A program made the position numbers and the translations under genes. The notes under the pieces were generated by a model. The model was not told where the DNA came from. It searched no databases and was given only the letters and a program-made list of their open reading frames with translations. Source: Camelus ferus (Eukaryota). Taken from it: 64,000 nucleotides of DNA. Shown one piece after another: positions 25,686-38,800 of the stretch (position 1 is the first letter of the stretch; each line of letters opens with the position of its first letter). Location of the stretch: positions 12,960,001-13,024,000 of the forward strand of contig NC_045698.1 of NCBI RefSeq assembly GCF_009834535.1, read 5' to 3'.

Positions 25686-28050
25686 TTGATGGCTACATTT
25701 TATATTTTTTAATAAATAAAAAAGCCAACTTTCTACACAGCTGTGGATGAAAACAATTTAGAGGATGGCCAGCTTAACAATCACAATTTACCTTCTCTTT
25801 CATTTTGGGAGTAAATTTGAATCTTTCTGCTTCAATAATTAAGATACTCCCTTTAACATGTCTCCCAAAATTCATATTGAAATTCTGACCTTCTCAAGAG
25901 CAATGAATGCTTTTTCACATTTGTTTTTTGTTGATATCTTTTCCTTCCACATCCTACTGCAAATTCAGCTAAAACCAGTGTAAGTACCATTGTAAAGCAG
26001 CCTTCAAGTTATTTTTATTATGAGATAGTCTATTTTTTAAAAAATGAGCTGGAAATAAATATTTTATTAGTTGAAATTATTTAATTTTAATCTAGCTCAC
26101 AGCATGATTCATAGCTTTAATATCTGTCTATTCAAATATATTGACACTTTAAGAATAAACTATGGAATTTCCTAACTTACAATGCTGTGCCAAGAATAGA
26201 TTTATGATTTACCACCATGCACTATATATGTTGTTGGGTTTTCAAAAAAAATTGTTGTATTCCCTAACAGGATAGTCTTTAAATATGCATCTGCAACTTC
26301 TAATTAATGTTACATGTGGAGCAATTATTTTCTTGGAAATATTTTCAAAAACACAAACCATGCAAAAAAAATGACACATAACATAGCAATTAGGATGGCA
26401 ATAGATCATTAGTTTTCCTATATTAAAATTTTGTCTCTTCCATTTATCTATCTTACCATTTATTATATATTTTGAGATATTTCTGAAATGTTACCGCATG
26501 GATGCTCAGAGACAATTTGACTCAGTATTAGATATAAATGACAGCTCCATTTTCAAGATCATTTTTAAAGGAAAACTTTACTTACCTTTTATTGTTTGCA
26601 TGAGCAAACTGTTCTTTCCCAGGAGGGGACAATATTGGAGTAACATTTTGTCATTTTTGATTTATCTATACTCTCTTCCTCCCTGGAAGGAAACCACATC
26701 ACTCATCTGATTGTCCCTCTGGCAGGAGCCCGACGTTTCACTGGTGCAGTTCCTCTTGGGCGAGGAGGAGGCGTGATGTTTGCTGAGTCCTCTGTGGCCT
26801 GTGGCTTCCCTCCACTGAGTCTTCCTGCCTCCAGAGTGAATCTGTTCTGTTCCATGTCTCTGCCGTCAGGCAACTAGAGCAAGACCTCTCTTCCCCAAAA
26901 CTAGGTAGCACTTGAATCCAAGTCAGGGACTGAGTCTCAGGAAGGCCACCCGGGGCCTGACTGAAGCTGTATCCTCAGATCATCAGTCTCTCAGTAAAGC
27001 TGATATCTTGCTCCCCATCTGATGCCTAATTCTACTTTTTTTTTAAACATTGATTCTCAATTCAGGGAAAGATGGGTTGTGCTTTAACCTCAGAAGTTTC
27101 CATCCCAACGTGGAGTAACTATTCGGAACCATCCATGACCTAACACATCATTTAGACAGCAAATATTTACTAGGAAGGGCTTCCTCCATTTATCAATCCC
27201 TTTGTACACGGTAGGAACTGCATCTAAGTATTTAATGTGATTTAATTCCTTTTAATCTTAGTTAGGATTTCAAGGACAAAAGTCCCAAATTTAGCGCTAG
27301 GATTATTCAAGCATTCTTCCTCATAAATGAGTGGTTAACAGGGGCTTCTGAAAAATCAAGGAAACCAAAGATTTTTGTTGTTGTTGTTGTTATTCAAAAG
27401 CAACACACAATTTTCAACAGCTGTAATATTTTTTAAAAAACATTCTGACATACTGGTGATAGTAATCCTTGGACTGGGGATGAAAAACTCAAGACAGGAT
27501 GCTTTGACTTTTTCCAATAGAGCGACCTCTATTTTCACAGAAGTGGAGCCATGGACCAGGACAAACTGTAGCCCTATATGCACCGTGCAAGCTACCTGGT
27601 AGACTGAGAATTTGTTTCAGCAAAACTAGAAATTAGTCAGAGATCTCTCTCTCTATCTGTCTATCTATCTATGTATCCATCTATCTATCTGTCTAACATG
27701 CAGATTTATCGTGTTAGAGGAAGACCAGTGTTGAGTTGTTGCTTCACATTCCGTGCATATATTCTAGCAGGTGAGAGCACAGTGTGGCATGCTCATTTCA
27801 AACAAGCTCAGAGTTCAAAATCTACTGAAAGGTACAACGGGCACAACCACCTTGCACCCAAAGGCATCTTGTGAGACCAAAAGCTGTATCACTTGGTACT
27901 TGAACATTTTCTATTGCCCATATCTTTGTTTTAAAATCTGTAGAGATTTTCAGCTGTTGTCTTTGAATATAATCGCCCCCCACCTTTCCCCAGAAGAAAC
28001 ACGAAGTTAATGAAAATGTGATCTTGTTTCAGTCCACTCTGGATATGGCA

Positions 28051-28399
28051 GTGACAGTCATCTTAATCAAAGGATGTATACCCTTCAGTGGAAACTGGAG
28101 TGGTCTGCCCATATCCCTTCTTCATGACCAGCACAGTCATCTCAGATGCTGGTGGAATCATGTGGTTTTGATGCCTCGTATCTCTGTTTCTCACTGGGAA
28201 TTACGTTCTGCCTTAGGAGACTGCCTTGCTTAAGGTTACACCCCTTCTGGTAGCAACTCATATCTAACAATGTCTCTGTGTGTCTAATCTTGATTTCTTC
28301 ACTTTCTTAAGTGGTGTATCTCCCAAGATCACTCTGGGATAACTCCTGCATGAACTTATTCACCTTAGTATTTGTTTCTGGGGAACTTGACCCAAGACA
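28051..28399 (+). mobile_element. ERVL 5' LTR (LTR16-like)
   Basis: Ends 'tttgtttctggggaacttgacccaagaca', like LTR16-family termini, followed directly by a degenerate primer-binding-site-like 'gttattacca'. Confidence 0.7.
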
Positions 28400-31300
28400 G
28401 TTATTACCAACAGGGGATGCAGGAAGTAGAATCTTACGGCGACATTACTAACCCTTTGGCTGGCACTAAGAACTCCGTTACGGATGATGGTAAGTGAAGT
28501 ATGGATAGAAACTGGCATGTTATAGGCAGTAAAATTGTTGAATTATATTTTCATGGTAAACTTAGATGGAAAGAATCTTATTTGCTGATACAGTATCTCT
28601 ATCACCTGAGAAATATGAGAGAAATTACACATACAGACAGTGGCATCGGGTGACTCTTGCTGAGTACTGTTGAATCATGAATGACAGAAAGTGACAGGCT
28701 GTGGGTGATAAGTCACCATTTCAAGAGAAACTGAAAGCAGAGATTCTTTTGGGAAATACTCAAGGAAACCTTAATTCCTTGCAGCTAGAAGACAAACAAA
28801 ATGAGGGATTTGGCTCAGAATTTAATAATAAAAAAAAAAAATAGCAGAGCTTCACGGAAGGTTGAGCTCTGAGCCCTAGCATTTCTCTTACACTAAATTC
28901 AGGGGCCTAACAGGAAGGGTGTGGGTCCATGAGGTTTGAGAAGGGGGTATTTGGGTAAATACTCTTGAGACCCTTGATCTAGCAAGATTCCACTGAATCC
29001 ACCGGGGAGTGACACACTCACCTTTGTTAGATAGTGCTTCTCCTTTTGCATCACTGGGGTCAGGCAACTGAAGTACCTAGGGAGCAAGATTTGAGGAGGA
29101 CTCACTCTCAAGGATGTGCAAATGCAGGATCTCCTAGGACCCTAAGCTCCTCTTGGCACCTCACTTGCCTCCCCTTCCTCCTGGCCCTTCCTTCTTGCTT
29201 GAAGATTAAAAAATACTTAAGTCAGGCAGGGGCCTTTCAAGACAAAGTTCACACTTCTCAAAATGTATCCTACCTCTCTTCTGTCAATCTGATCAATAAC
29301 AACGGTTTTACCTCATCATAGTATGGATGACAAGAAGCTGAGCTGTCTAAGGGAAGAGAAGGATTACACATGGAAGAAGCTGCAGTGATTTCTAATATGT
29401 GTCCGCAAGATCTGGGGCAGCAGATGTGGGAAGAAATCCCGAGATGTTTTCAAAGGGATGCAGGATATTAAGTTAGAGAAGAGGGAGTTTATAGACATTA
29501 GAGTAGTCCTGCAATCCAGATTTAACATCTTGGCAAGGACCTTGAAGATGTTATGTTGAGCAGCAGGGATATTGAATAGCATCCTCTGAACTGGGAAGGA
29601 ACTTTGAGATCAAGAAATGCAGTGGGCAACTCCATCAAGTGCAATTAAAAAAGTTTATTGTGCGTGACTTACATACAGTTTAGAAGGATCAGGCGGGCAG
29701 ATGATCTGGAGGCATTCACAGCTGCACCCACATCCCTGAAAGGGGTACAGAGAGTTTAAAGGAGCCAAAGTTAAAAATAGAATCTGACTACCAAGTGAGA
29801 AACTTGTCCACACAGGCTGGAACTGGGGTTTTTTCCTGCCCCCAGGGGCCTCAGGACCATGAACCACTTGCATCGGCAAAGGGCACTCTTCCAGCTTCCA
29901 TATCCAGTGAAGCCAAGGCTAAAAGTTGGTAGGGAACTTATCTGGCTCGGGCCCACCCCTGTGAGCAGGCTAAAGCTCAGCTGTGCAGAGAGGGGAAGGG
30001 GTAAGTACTACGGGCCTAAAATGGAGCTGACAAAATGGAGTCAGTGTGGTTCAGTGACACATGTTACTAATATGATGCTAGGATGATTCTTTGAAATTTA
30101 GAAAAAGCAATTGTTCACACTTAGTATAAATGCCATATGGTAGAGAAATGGGTCAAAAAATGCTCATGCCAGAGTGTGCACCCTACATGCTGACCTTGTT
30201 CCAAGAGAGGATCCAGAAGACACTCCATTCACAAGTCATGTATACAATCAGACTAAGAGCCATGATTTCCTACCTAGCTCTAAATATGTTTTCCGACTCA
30301 GAACTCACCTACTTATTGAGGGAGAGGCTGAAAGTCTATGAGAAAAGACCTTGCAACATCACAGCAAATGCACTATGAAGTGATCCTCCCAGTCAGGCCC
30401 TCAAGGGATCTATCGCCTTTTAGTCATATAATTATGCACCGGGGAAAGACTTTTCAAGGACTGCTGAATGCTGGTTCTGAATTGGCATGGCCTGTGGGCT
30501 GTTCTACAACCCTGCCCTCTGTCATATCATAGTTCAATGGAACCGAACCGTCTGCAAATTCTGCAGAACACATTGCTCCACCCCACTGCTACCAACATGT
30601 GAGTTGATGAGCAAGATGTGACGATGTGACCCGTGTATGGGAAGCTTCAGGACAGATATTTGAGAAGGTAAGAAATAAATCCTATAGAGATTTAAGGCCT
30701 ACCATATAAGTTAAGTACCCTGGGGTCCAGTGGGCTGAAGGATGCTGGGATATCTTCTCCATAAAGGACATATAAATATAGGACATTGCAACCTGCCTGC
30801 CACCAAGAAAGAAGTCTGATGTGTGGGAAGTATGTTCAGAAGGCAGCTTATTTTGCATTTCTCCAACCCATTCACTTAGTGACGCGCAGGTCTGCCAGCT
30901 TTGAACTGGATCCAGATAAGGAAAGAATTCTGCAGCAAATCCAGGCCGTGGGACAAAAACAACTGCTGCTTGAGCCATAAGATCAGGCAGACACTCTAGT
31001 ACTAGAGATACCTGGTGATGGGGAAGGTGCTTGTGTGAATTTTAAGTCAGCCCCATCCCAATAGGAGGATTGCAACATAGAACTCCTCGGATTCTCAGGC
31101 AAAGCACATCATCAGTAACATCTAAGTATACACAACTTGAAAACCAGCTCTTGGTGTCCTGCTCAGTAGTGACTGAGACAGCTCATTTGACTGTGGATAT
31201 CAAGTGACTGTGTGGCCAAAGTTAAATTCTGTTAGACCAACTAGGTTCTAAAGATGGGACCCCTACCAAAAGATCACTGCAAATGAAAGTGGCATATTTG

Positions 31301-31400
31301 GGACTGAGCATAAGCAGGATCAGAGGGCAATGAGTAAACTGCCCAGCAGGTGGGTACAGACCTCTCTGATCATCATCAGTGTGCTAAGTGTAACTCCAAG
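28400..31400 (+). mobile_element. Decayed ERVL internal region (gag, protease, RT remnants), split by a solo LTR; no 3' LTR seen
   Basis: ORF 30338..30532 has RDLSPFSHIIMHRGKTFQGLLNAGSEL (cf. ERVL protease ...TFRGLLDTGSEL). ORF 30786..30980 has LQPIHLVTRRSASFELDPDKERILQQIQA (cf. ERVL pol LRPIYRVTRKAASFEWGPEQEKALQQVQA). Many stops and frameshifts. Confidence 0.85.
29554..30061 (-). mobile_element. Solo LTR (508 bp) inserted in ERVL gag, 5-bp TSD
   Basis: TG at 29554, CA ending at 30061, TGTTA at 29549-29553 and 30062-30066, minus-strand AATAAA near 29654-29659; gag-like sequence rejoins across it. Confidence 0.85.
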
Positions 31401-31554
31401 AAGTCTAGCTTGTAGAGACAGCTCAATGGGAGCTCACTAGTGACTGAGGATAGAGGGGCACAAATTGAGTTGAGAACACTTTACATTTCAGATGCTTTAA
31501 ACTCATCCAGATAGGAATATTGAGTAGAATGAGAGCTATGAAAAAAAAAAAAAA

Positions 31555-31912
31555 AAACAGAAAGTGGCAGCAGGCACTAGAGGGTGGAGGAAATAGGGAG
31601 AAGTTGGTTAAGGGTGCAAACTTTCAGTAATAAGATGGGTAAGTTCTGAAGGTCTAATGTACAACATGGTGACTATAGGTGGTAACATTGAATTGTATAA
31701 TTGAAATTTGCTACAAGAGTAGAATTTAAATGTTCTTACCAAAAAAAGAAAAAAGGAAATATATGAGGTGAGGCATATGTTAATTAATTCAATGGGGAGA
31801 ATCTTTTTACTATGTATATGTATGTATTTACTATATATAAAAAATCATATTGTATATTTTAAACATCTCACAATTTTATTTGTCAATTATACCTCAATAA
31901 AGGTGGGAGAAA
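31555..31912 (+). mobile_element. L1 3' UTR fragment (L1MA-like)
   Basis: 'aagggtgcaaactttcagtaataagatgggtaagttctg...tctaatgtacaacatggtgactata...caattatacctcaataaaggtggga'. Confidence 0.85.
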
Positions 31913-31919
31913 AGGTGAA

Positions 31920-32440
31920 TGAGAGTTATGAATAGAAGCCTGTATCAGACACATACATTAGGAAATAGTTTGTGTAACGAGAGCAATTGAAGCTATAGAA
32001 TAAATAAGAATAACAGGACGTTGATTCCAGTGTTCAGGGGCTCCAATATTTAATGTCTTAGAGGAGGAAGAAGAATATTAGTCTGCAGAAGATACTCAGA
32101 AGTAGCAAACAGAGATGTAGATGGAAAACTTGAAGCCTGAGGTCATGAAGCTAAGGGAGGAAAGACTTTTGTAAAGAAGGAGATGATTAAGCAGTGTCAT
32201 GTGTTGCTGAGAGATCAAGTAAGATGCAAATGACAAATGTTCATTGCACGTAGTGGTTTATAGTGACAATGTCAATTATCTCAGTGACAAAACCGAACAG
32301 ATTAAAAATTGAATTGGATTGATGCGCACGTATGTGTGACATGAAATGGAGGCAATGAGACTTAAAATATTCAGTTGTAAAGGAGAAGAAGGAAATGAAT
32401 CTGTGTCTGGAAGGTCTATGTCAGATCATAAAGGTGTTAT
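31920..32440 (-). mobile_element. L2 remnant
   Basis: 'gtcatgaagctaagggaggaaaga', 'tgttgctgagagatcaagtaagatg' are antisense L2 motifs. Confidence 0.6.
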
Positions 32441-32469
32441 TCACCTTGCTTATCTGTTATTTTCTTTGG

Positions 32470-34529
32470 TGTTTTGGAATGTACTTGCTTAAGGGTTGCA
32501 AAACTCCAGCTCAGTTTAGGAAATAGAAAGCTGGAGAGAACATTACTCCTGCCCTAGCAACAACAACACAACACAACACAACAAGCCCTATGGACAGTCA
32601 GTGGATTCACAACTTTTCTTGAACTTGTCAAGGAGCTTGATGATGCAGAGCCAACAGCTAATCCATCACCTCTGGGGAGAGACTAGGAAGTGAGCATTTG
32701 CTTACACGGGGAAGATGCTGCCAGACACTGATAAGAACAACTCAACTAAAATTTTAAATTAATTACAAAGAGTTGAGTGTGACCTAGTAAGAAAATACAG
32801 AACCACATGTGATCAGGAAAACAAAGGAATTAATTATTAATTATTAATTATAGGTTCCTCTTAATAAGACTGGGGGCAGGATGAGGGTCCTGTATCCCTT
32901 CCCTAGCAGCAAAGGACTGGAGAAGAAAATCCCAGTTACTGTGGGAAGGGTCTGGAGCACCACTTGGCCTTTTCTCCCTATCTCTTCTACAGAATAGAGT
33001 TCCAAAACACTTTGGAAAGAAAAACAGAACTTGCTTTTAGGGCACAGGTGAAAAACTATCGCATCAAGGAAAATAAAATAAAATATTAAAACCTTACTAG
33101 TGGTGAGGAGCAGGCAAAGAGGTTGGGTCCAGAGCCACAGCCAGGGACCAGGTCTAAAGCTGAGAAGGTCCCATCCCTGTGACCCAGGGACTCAGTTCTC
33201 CCTGAGACTGAAGAGTAAGCAGAATGATAGGAAAGACTTCTTCTCCTTCTCCTCCAAAACCACCACCAGATTAACAAACATCCAGGAAGAAGTAGTATCA
33301 ACATTGCTTGCAGAAGAGAAAGAGCATGGAGAGGGATCCTCTAAGGCGTGATGCAGAGAAGACCTAAATCAAAAGTGGAGTGGCTCTTAGGAGGGAGGAA
33401 CCCTCCTGGAAACCAGTCTCACCTCTAAAGATAAGGTAATGTTAGAAGAATTTGAGTCCTGTGGTTCTTGAGGGTAAATACAGCAAGATGAAATCAAAGC
33501 CCCATCTTAACTTCTGACTAGATTGACTCCACCTGTCACACTGAAATTGCAGCAGAAGGAAAAGGTGCCCATTGTACTCATAACAATTAATTTGCTTCAG
33601 TATCTACTGCTCAAGACAATATACCTGCTATCCGCACACACACACAAATATGAGAGATGGAAAAAACTAAGCAAAAAACATCACCCAGGGAAGAAAACAA
33701 GAAAAAACCAGGAACAGATGTGACATCAAAAATGAAATTTAAAATAATTCTAATGAAAATGTTAAAGTCTCTTGTGCAAAAGAGAATTTTTGTATGCGTG
33801 GTCCACTGGGTAATTTCAGCAGATATACAGAAACTGTAAGAAAGAATCAAATGTAAAAACACATTAACAAGGAAGGAAGAAGACTTCTGACAGGCTACCC
33901 AGTGGACTTGACACATCAGAGGTAATATCAGTGAAATTGAAGATAGGTCAGATCGAAATTATACAAACAAATACACACAGAAAATTGTAAAAAAAAAGAA
34001 ATGACCAGAACATCCAAGAAATATGATATAAAATTAAATGATCTAAAATACATGTCATTGGAAACCCAGAAAGTCAAGAGTAACAGCTGAGACTTAAAAA
34101 ATTGTCTATACAGGTAATCCTAAGACTCTACAAAAAGATACTAATGCCAAAAAGTGAGTTTAGCAAGATGGTCAATTATTAAGTTAATATTCAATGCCAG
34201 TTATATTTCTATATGCTAGCAATGAATAATTAGAAATTAAAATAAAATTTAAAAGAATGATTACCAGAAGTATTAATACATGAAATAGGTATAAATCTTC
34301 CAAAATACAGGCACGATCTGTATATGTGCTAAACATAACAAAACACTGATGAAATAAATCAAAGGAGATGTAATAAATGGGGAGGTACCACACTTAAACA
34401 TGGAAAGTTCAGTATGGAAGCTTAATATTGTTAAATGTCAGTTGCCCAGAGATTGAACTGATCTATGGGTTCAACCCAATTGCAGTTGAAACCACTCAGG
34501 ACTTTTTGCACAAATCGACAGGATGATTC
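32470..34529 (+). mobile_element. Old L1: 5' UTR/ORF1 remnant joined to an ORF2 remnant; resumes at 35806
   Basis: ORF1-like 'atatcagtgaaattgaagataggtca' (~33925-33950), then ORF2-like 'gagtttagcaagatgg', 'atttctatatgctagcaatgaa', 'cttaatattgttaa', 'gacaggatgattc'. Confidence 0.7.
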
Positions 34530-35805
34530 TGCCAACGAAAACCTTAATCAGTTGTCAATTTAAGAAAGAAATGGAAAATTTGCTCGAGTCAACCTGAGGA
34601 TTATAACTTGGGAGACAGTCTTTCATAAAGCTCTGAGGACTGTTCCAAAGAGGTAATGAGGGAGGCTAGTGTATATATCATTTTGGCAAAGAAGTATATG
34701 CATCAAGCACACATCTTGGTATAAAGTTACTGCTATTCACAAGGAACAGCTATCTTAGTTAATGGTGTTAGTGATTCCTTATGTATGGGACGATAAAAGA
34801 AACTGGGTTCATAGCATCTTTTCCTGAAAGTATCTAAGCATCTGAAGTTCTGTTCTGCCAGTTTTCCCAGAGCGCACAGTGCCTCGTCCTGATATTTGCC
34901 CTGAATTCCTTTCAGGATATATTGTAGGTCAGCAATTGTAGTGGCTAATGGCTTGATTCGTGTAGAAATAGATGGTGGGCAACATTCTTTAGTTTACAAT
35001 CCCCTGCCTTTTGGTCTTAATTTTGACCAACGCTTGGGAGGCATTTTGTGACCCATTTGTCCCATGGCCCTAGAAATGCTCATTCCCAGGTGAGATAAGG
35101 ATTTTTTTTTGATGATCCACTCAACGTGCTATTACTGGTTTAGGCCCTGTTAACAGTCACCCAAAGTCTCTGGACTGCTTGTCTGTTATCATCCAGGAAA
35201 TGGTTCCCTCTTCCCACATCCAGAGTTACACTCTTATAACTATTGATCTTATAGAATTATATATTTGGTCAATCATTTCAAGTCATTTAGTCATCATTAT
35301 TTTTATTGGAGGCTCAGTCACACGTTGGTGATGCAAGAAATAATAATGTAAATATATTACAAATAATATAGTTAGTAACACTAGTAAGGTCAGGAGTAAG
35401 TATTTAAACTAAGAACCCCCACTAGCTGCAGCCCAGTATCTCCCCAGGTTGTCTGACTCTGTCTGCTTCATACCAGTTGCTGTCTTTAAGAGAAATGATA
35501 CACTGGCATTGCACATAAAGTTCACCAAAGGTGTCCACATGTACAAGGCCAGTGTTGGGTCATCATGACCCCTTACAGGATTGAGAAAGGAATGCTGTCT
35601 TCTAAGGAGTTACATGGCTGGTGTCAGAAGAAGAAAAATTTCTCTTTATAGGTGAGCAGGTTTTCCTGCCACTGAGATCTGGTTAATGCATAATGCAGGT
35701 ATACAGTGCACACCGGAGGAGAGGGAAAAAACCCAAAGAGGCAGAAAAAAAATTACATTTAATTTTTTTCTTATTTTGCCTTAAACAATGAATTTTATTT
35801 CATCA
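34530..35805 (-). mobile_element. ERV1-type LTR element (1276 bp) nested in L1, 4-bp TSD
   Basis: TG at 34530, CA ending at 35805, ATTC at 34526-34529 and 35806-35809. L1 reads through ('gatgattc|taaaatgtataaggaaa'). Internal minus-strand polypurine tract AAAAGGCAGGGGAT followed by TG at 34998. Confidence 0.85.
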
Positions 35806-38800
35806 ATTCTAAAATGTATAAGGAAAATAAAAGCAAAGGCAAAAACAGCCAATTGATAAGTGAAGCTGACTACAAAAAGACACACTGATACTTAAAAGTG
35901 TAAATTTCCATGTTTATGGGCACTTTGTGAGGTATGTTTTATCGATGAAGAAAATAAAGTTCAGATTGCTTGGAGACAGGTAAGCAAGTAATAAGGTCAA
36001 TAGTTAGAGATGCCGATATCAAAATGTTTCACTAAACATCAAAGCTCTCAACTCTGTCAAGGTGACCCTCTGAGTTTGTAGTATTAGTTACAAAACTATA
36101 TTTATAACCATCCAAAGAGACTAAGAGATGTATTAAAAAATAAATTAAGTGTTTGTAAAGTTTTATAAAATGTTTTTTTCAAACAGCTGCTTTGGTTATA
36201 ATATATATAATTTAAGTTAATAATTACTTTTTTCCTCTGACTTCATTAACTTATTGTCTTTTCCAAATAATGCTTTTTTTAAAAATTTTTGGTGAAGGCT
36301 TAGGATAACAAAACATTTCAAATGAGATACTGACTAATAATGTTTACAATCTCAGTGCCTGTGGCAGACTGTCAGGATTCATTTCCTGGAAGAGATTAGA
36401 ATGTATCATTATAGTGACAATTCAGGAGTGAAAAGTTCACTGAGATGGGAAAGGAGTCTCCAGAATGCTTCCAGGGACTGAGATAAACTAGTTCATAGTT
36501 GGATGCTCCCATCTAAAATCTATAAAACTGGACTCCAAGCCAAGAAAAAAAATATCATGGTATGTATCTACAAAAGTGTTTTAGGAATACTGAATTTTTA
36601 AATGATTTAATGTTTTTAAAATTACTTGGGGGTGAAAAAGACTTTTAAAGGCTACTGAAATAAAAAACATTTTAAAGAGTTTTAAAAGGGACATTCCAAA
36701 CCAATACTATGACATGCTGCTTGAGAGAGAGGAAGAAATCTTTAGCTCATATTGTCCTTCGTTTTCTTTTTGAAGGAAAGATTTTTCAGATTTAAAAAGG
36801 AAGTTAAGTATTCTGAACAAGAGCCTGGACGCCTTGAAGTGGTTGTGTGAGAACCTAATTTGTTCCACTGGCCCTGATTAACTACATTCTTCATTACAGA
36901 GAGGACCTGAAAATATGAATTCCAAACGCTATACATATGCTTTTACAGATTTTGCAAATTAGAAGGACACTTGCAAGTAGAAAAATACATAGAGTTCTTT
37001 ATGAGATTATCCTCCATTAGAAATGAGCTGGAAAGTGCAAATGTCATTTCTCTAAATACTCTCTTATGAAAATAATATTCTTATTTTGTCCACATTTCCT
37101 GAAAAATGTATTAACGCCCAATGTTAGCAGAGTCAATCTTACTAAAAAGAAAGACTCATTTTCATAACAGGAACTTTTAGAGCAATGGGTCAGTAAGAAA
37201 TAAACTCTATTTCAGATAATGCAATACAAAAGTTGAGCCCTTGCTACAGATTGGAATGGTTGAATGCATGTATTCCTTGTTCAGATGATCATTTAAGACA
37301 CTGGACTCTCTGACTTTCCTTAAACAGTAAATGAAGCAAGACCTCAGAGAAGCTACGATGTGTAGTCTAGTGTCAGCCACAAACAGTAGGACTGGACATT
37401 CCATTAACGTGGATTAAAAACTCAGGAAAAAGTAGATTGGCGGTGGGCTTTTGATTCGATATGCTTTCTTTTTCACTTCATCATAATAAAGAGCTTTGCT
37501 TTAAATGTTTAGAGACTAAGAGTCCGAATTTGATATGCCTATGTGAATAAACTAGGGAGGAATAAAGTCTATCATTGCTACTGGGTTTGGGCTCACAGTC
37601 AGTGGCAAGAAGAAAGTTCGGGATTTTCTTGGCTTGTCTATTAGTCCATGGTCTTCCTATACAGGGCTTGTCTTGCCTACTATGCTTTTATATCATTTGC
37701 AATTCAAGTGTGAGATTACCTCTTTGATTTTTCTGAACCAGAACCTTCTAGAACACAAGCAATTCTAATTTTGAAAATGAACCAGCAGATACATTTCAGT
37801 GCCCTTAGATCAGGTACCATCTTTGCTCCAGAATAAATTTAATGCAGGCAAGCGATCATTGCTTCATTTATTTCAACAACCAGTAGGTGAGCACCTGCCT
37901 TGTGCCAGACGCTCTCCTAAGTACGAGATTGTAGCATTGACTCAAACACAGAAAACCTCATAGAAATTGAATTCTAAGCATTTGTGAAGAAATACTTGTA
38001 TAGGAGTAAAATAAGAAGATAATAATCACTGAGAACTTAAATTTTCTTTTATGAGACCGACAGACTTAAGAAATGTCAGAGATGAAAGTAAATGATTTGA
38101 CAAGTCTCATATATATCATATATAGCTTACACATAAAGCAGAGCGATAAAGACAGCTGTATGGTTGGGATAGTAGTCAATAATTGCAATTAAAGAAAATA
38201 ATTTCTAAATAGCAACTATAGAGAGATTTTCAGTGGCATTCTGAAGACCCTGTTTTGGTCAATATTTTATAGTAATTTTTTAATGTATAACATTGTATTT
38301 TATGTTAAAAGGGAAGTGCAATGTAATAAGAACATAGTTGAGATAGATTAAAAAGAATGTGCAGAAATCACTGAGAAAAAAAAAAGATCTAAAATATACT
38401 CTGCACATATGAGAACTTTCCCTTAAAGTCCTCAATTTCTCCCTGCCCCCTTCTTGACAGGCCCCTCCCAGGTGTCCTGTACACACAACTTTCACTTTCT
38501 CACTGTTTACTGAATGATAAACAAAGTCTAGAGGAATTGAGGAACCACCTTAGGATGCTGGAAAATTAGTGTTGGAATTCTAGCCTCTACCACGTATCTG
38601 AAACATAGTAGATGCAAGAAATGATGGTTATTGTTTTAATTTTATGATTATGATTATTATTACTCATATTTTCTTCTTCATTGTGACATGAATTTGGGAA
38701 TAATATTCATATCCCTTTTAATCTGTAGTTCCTTCCAGTGTCTGAAAAAATCTAGGCTTTCAATAAGTTTCCTGAGGGAATAAATGGATGAGATGATATC

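Noticed and set aside
32828..32851. (TTAATTA)n as a homeodomain-site array
   Set aside because: A short slippage repeat inside an old L1 remnant.
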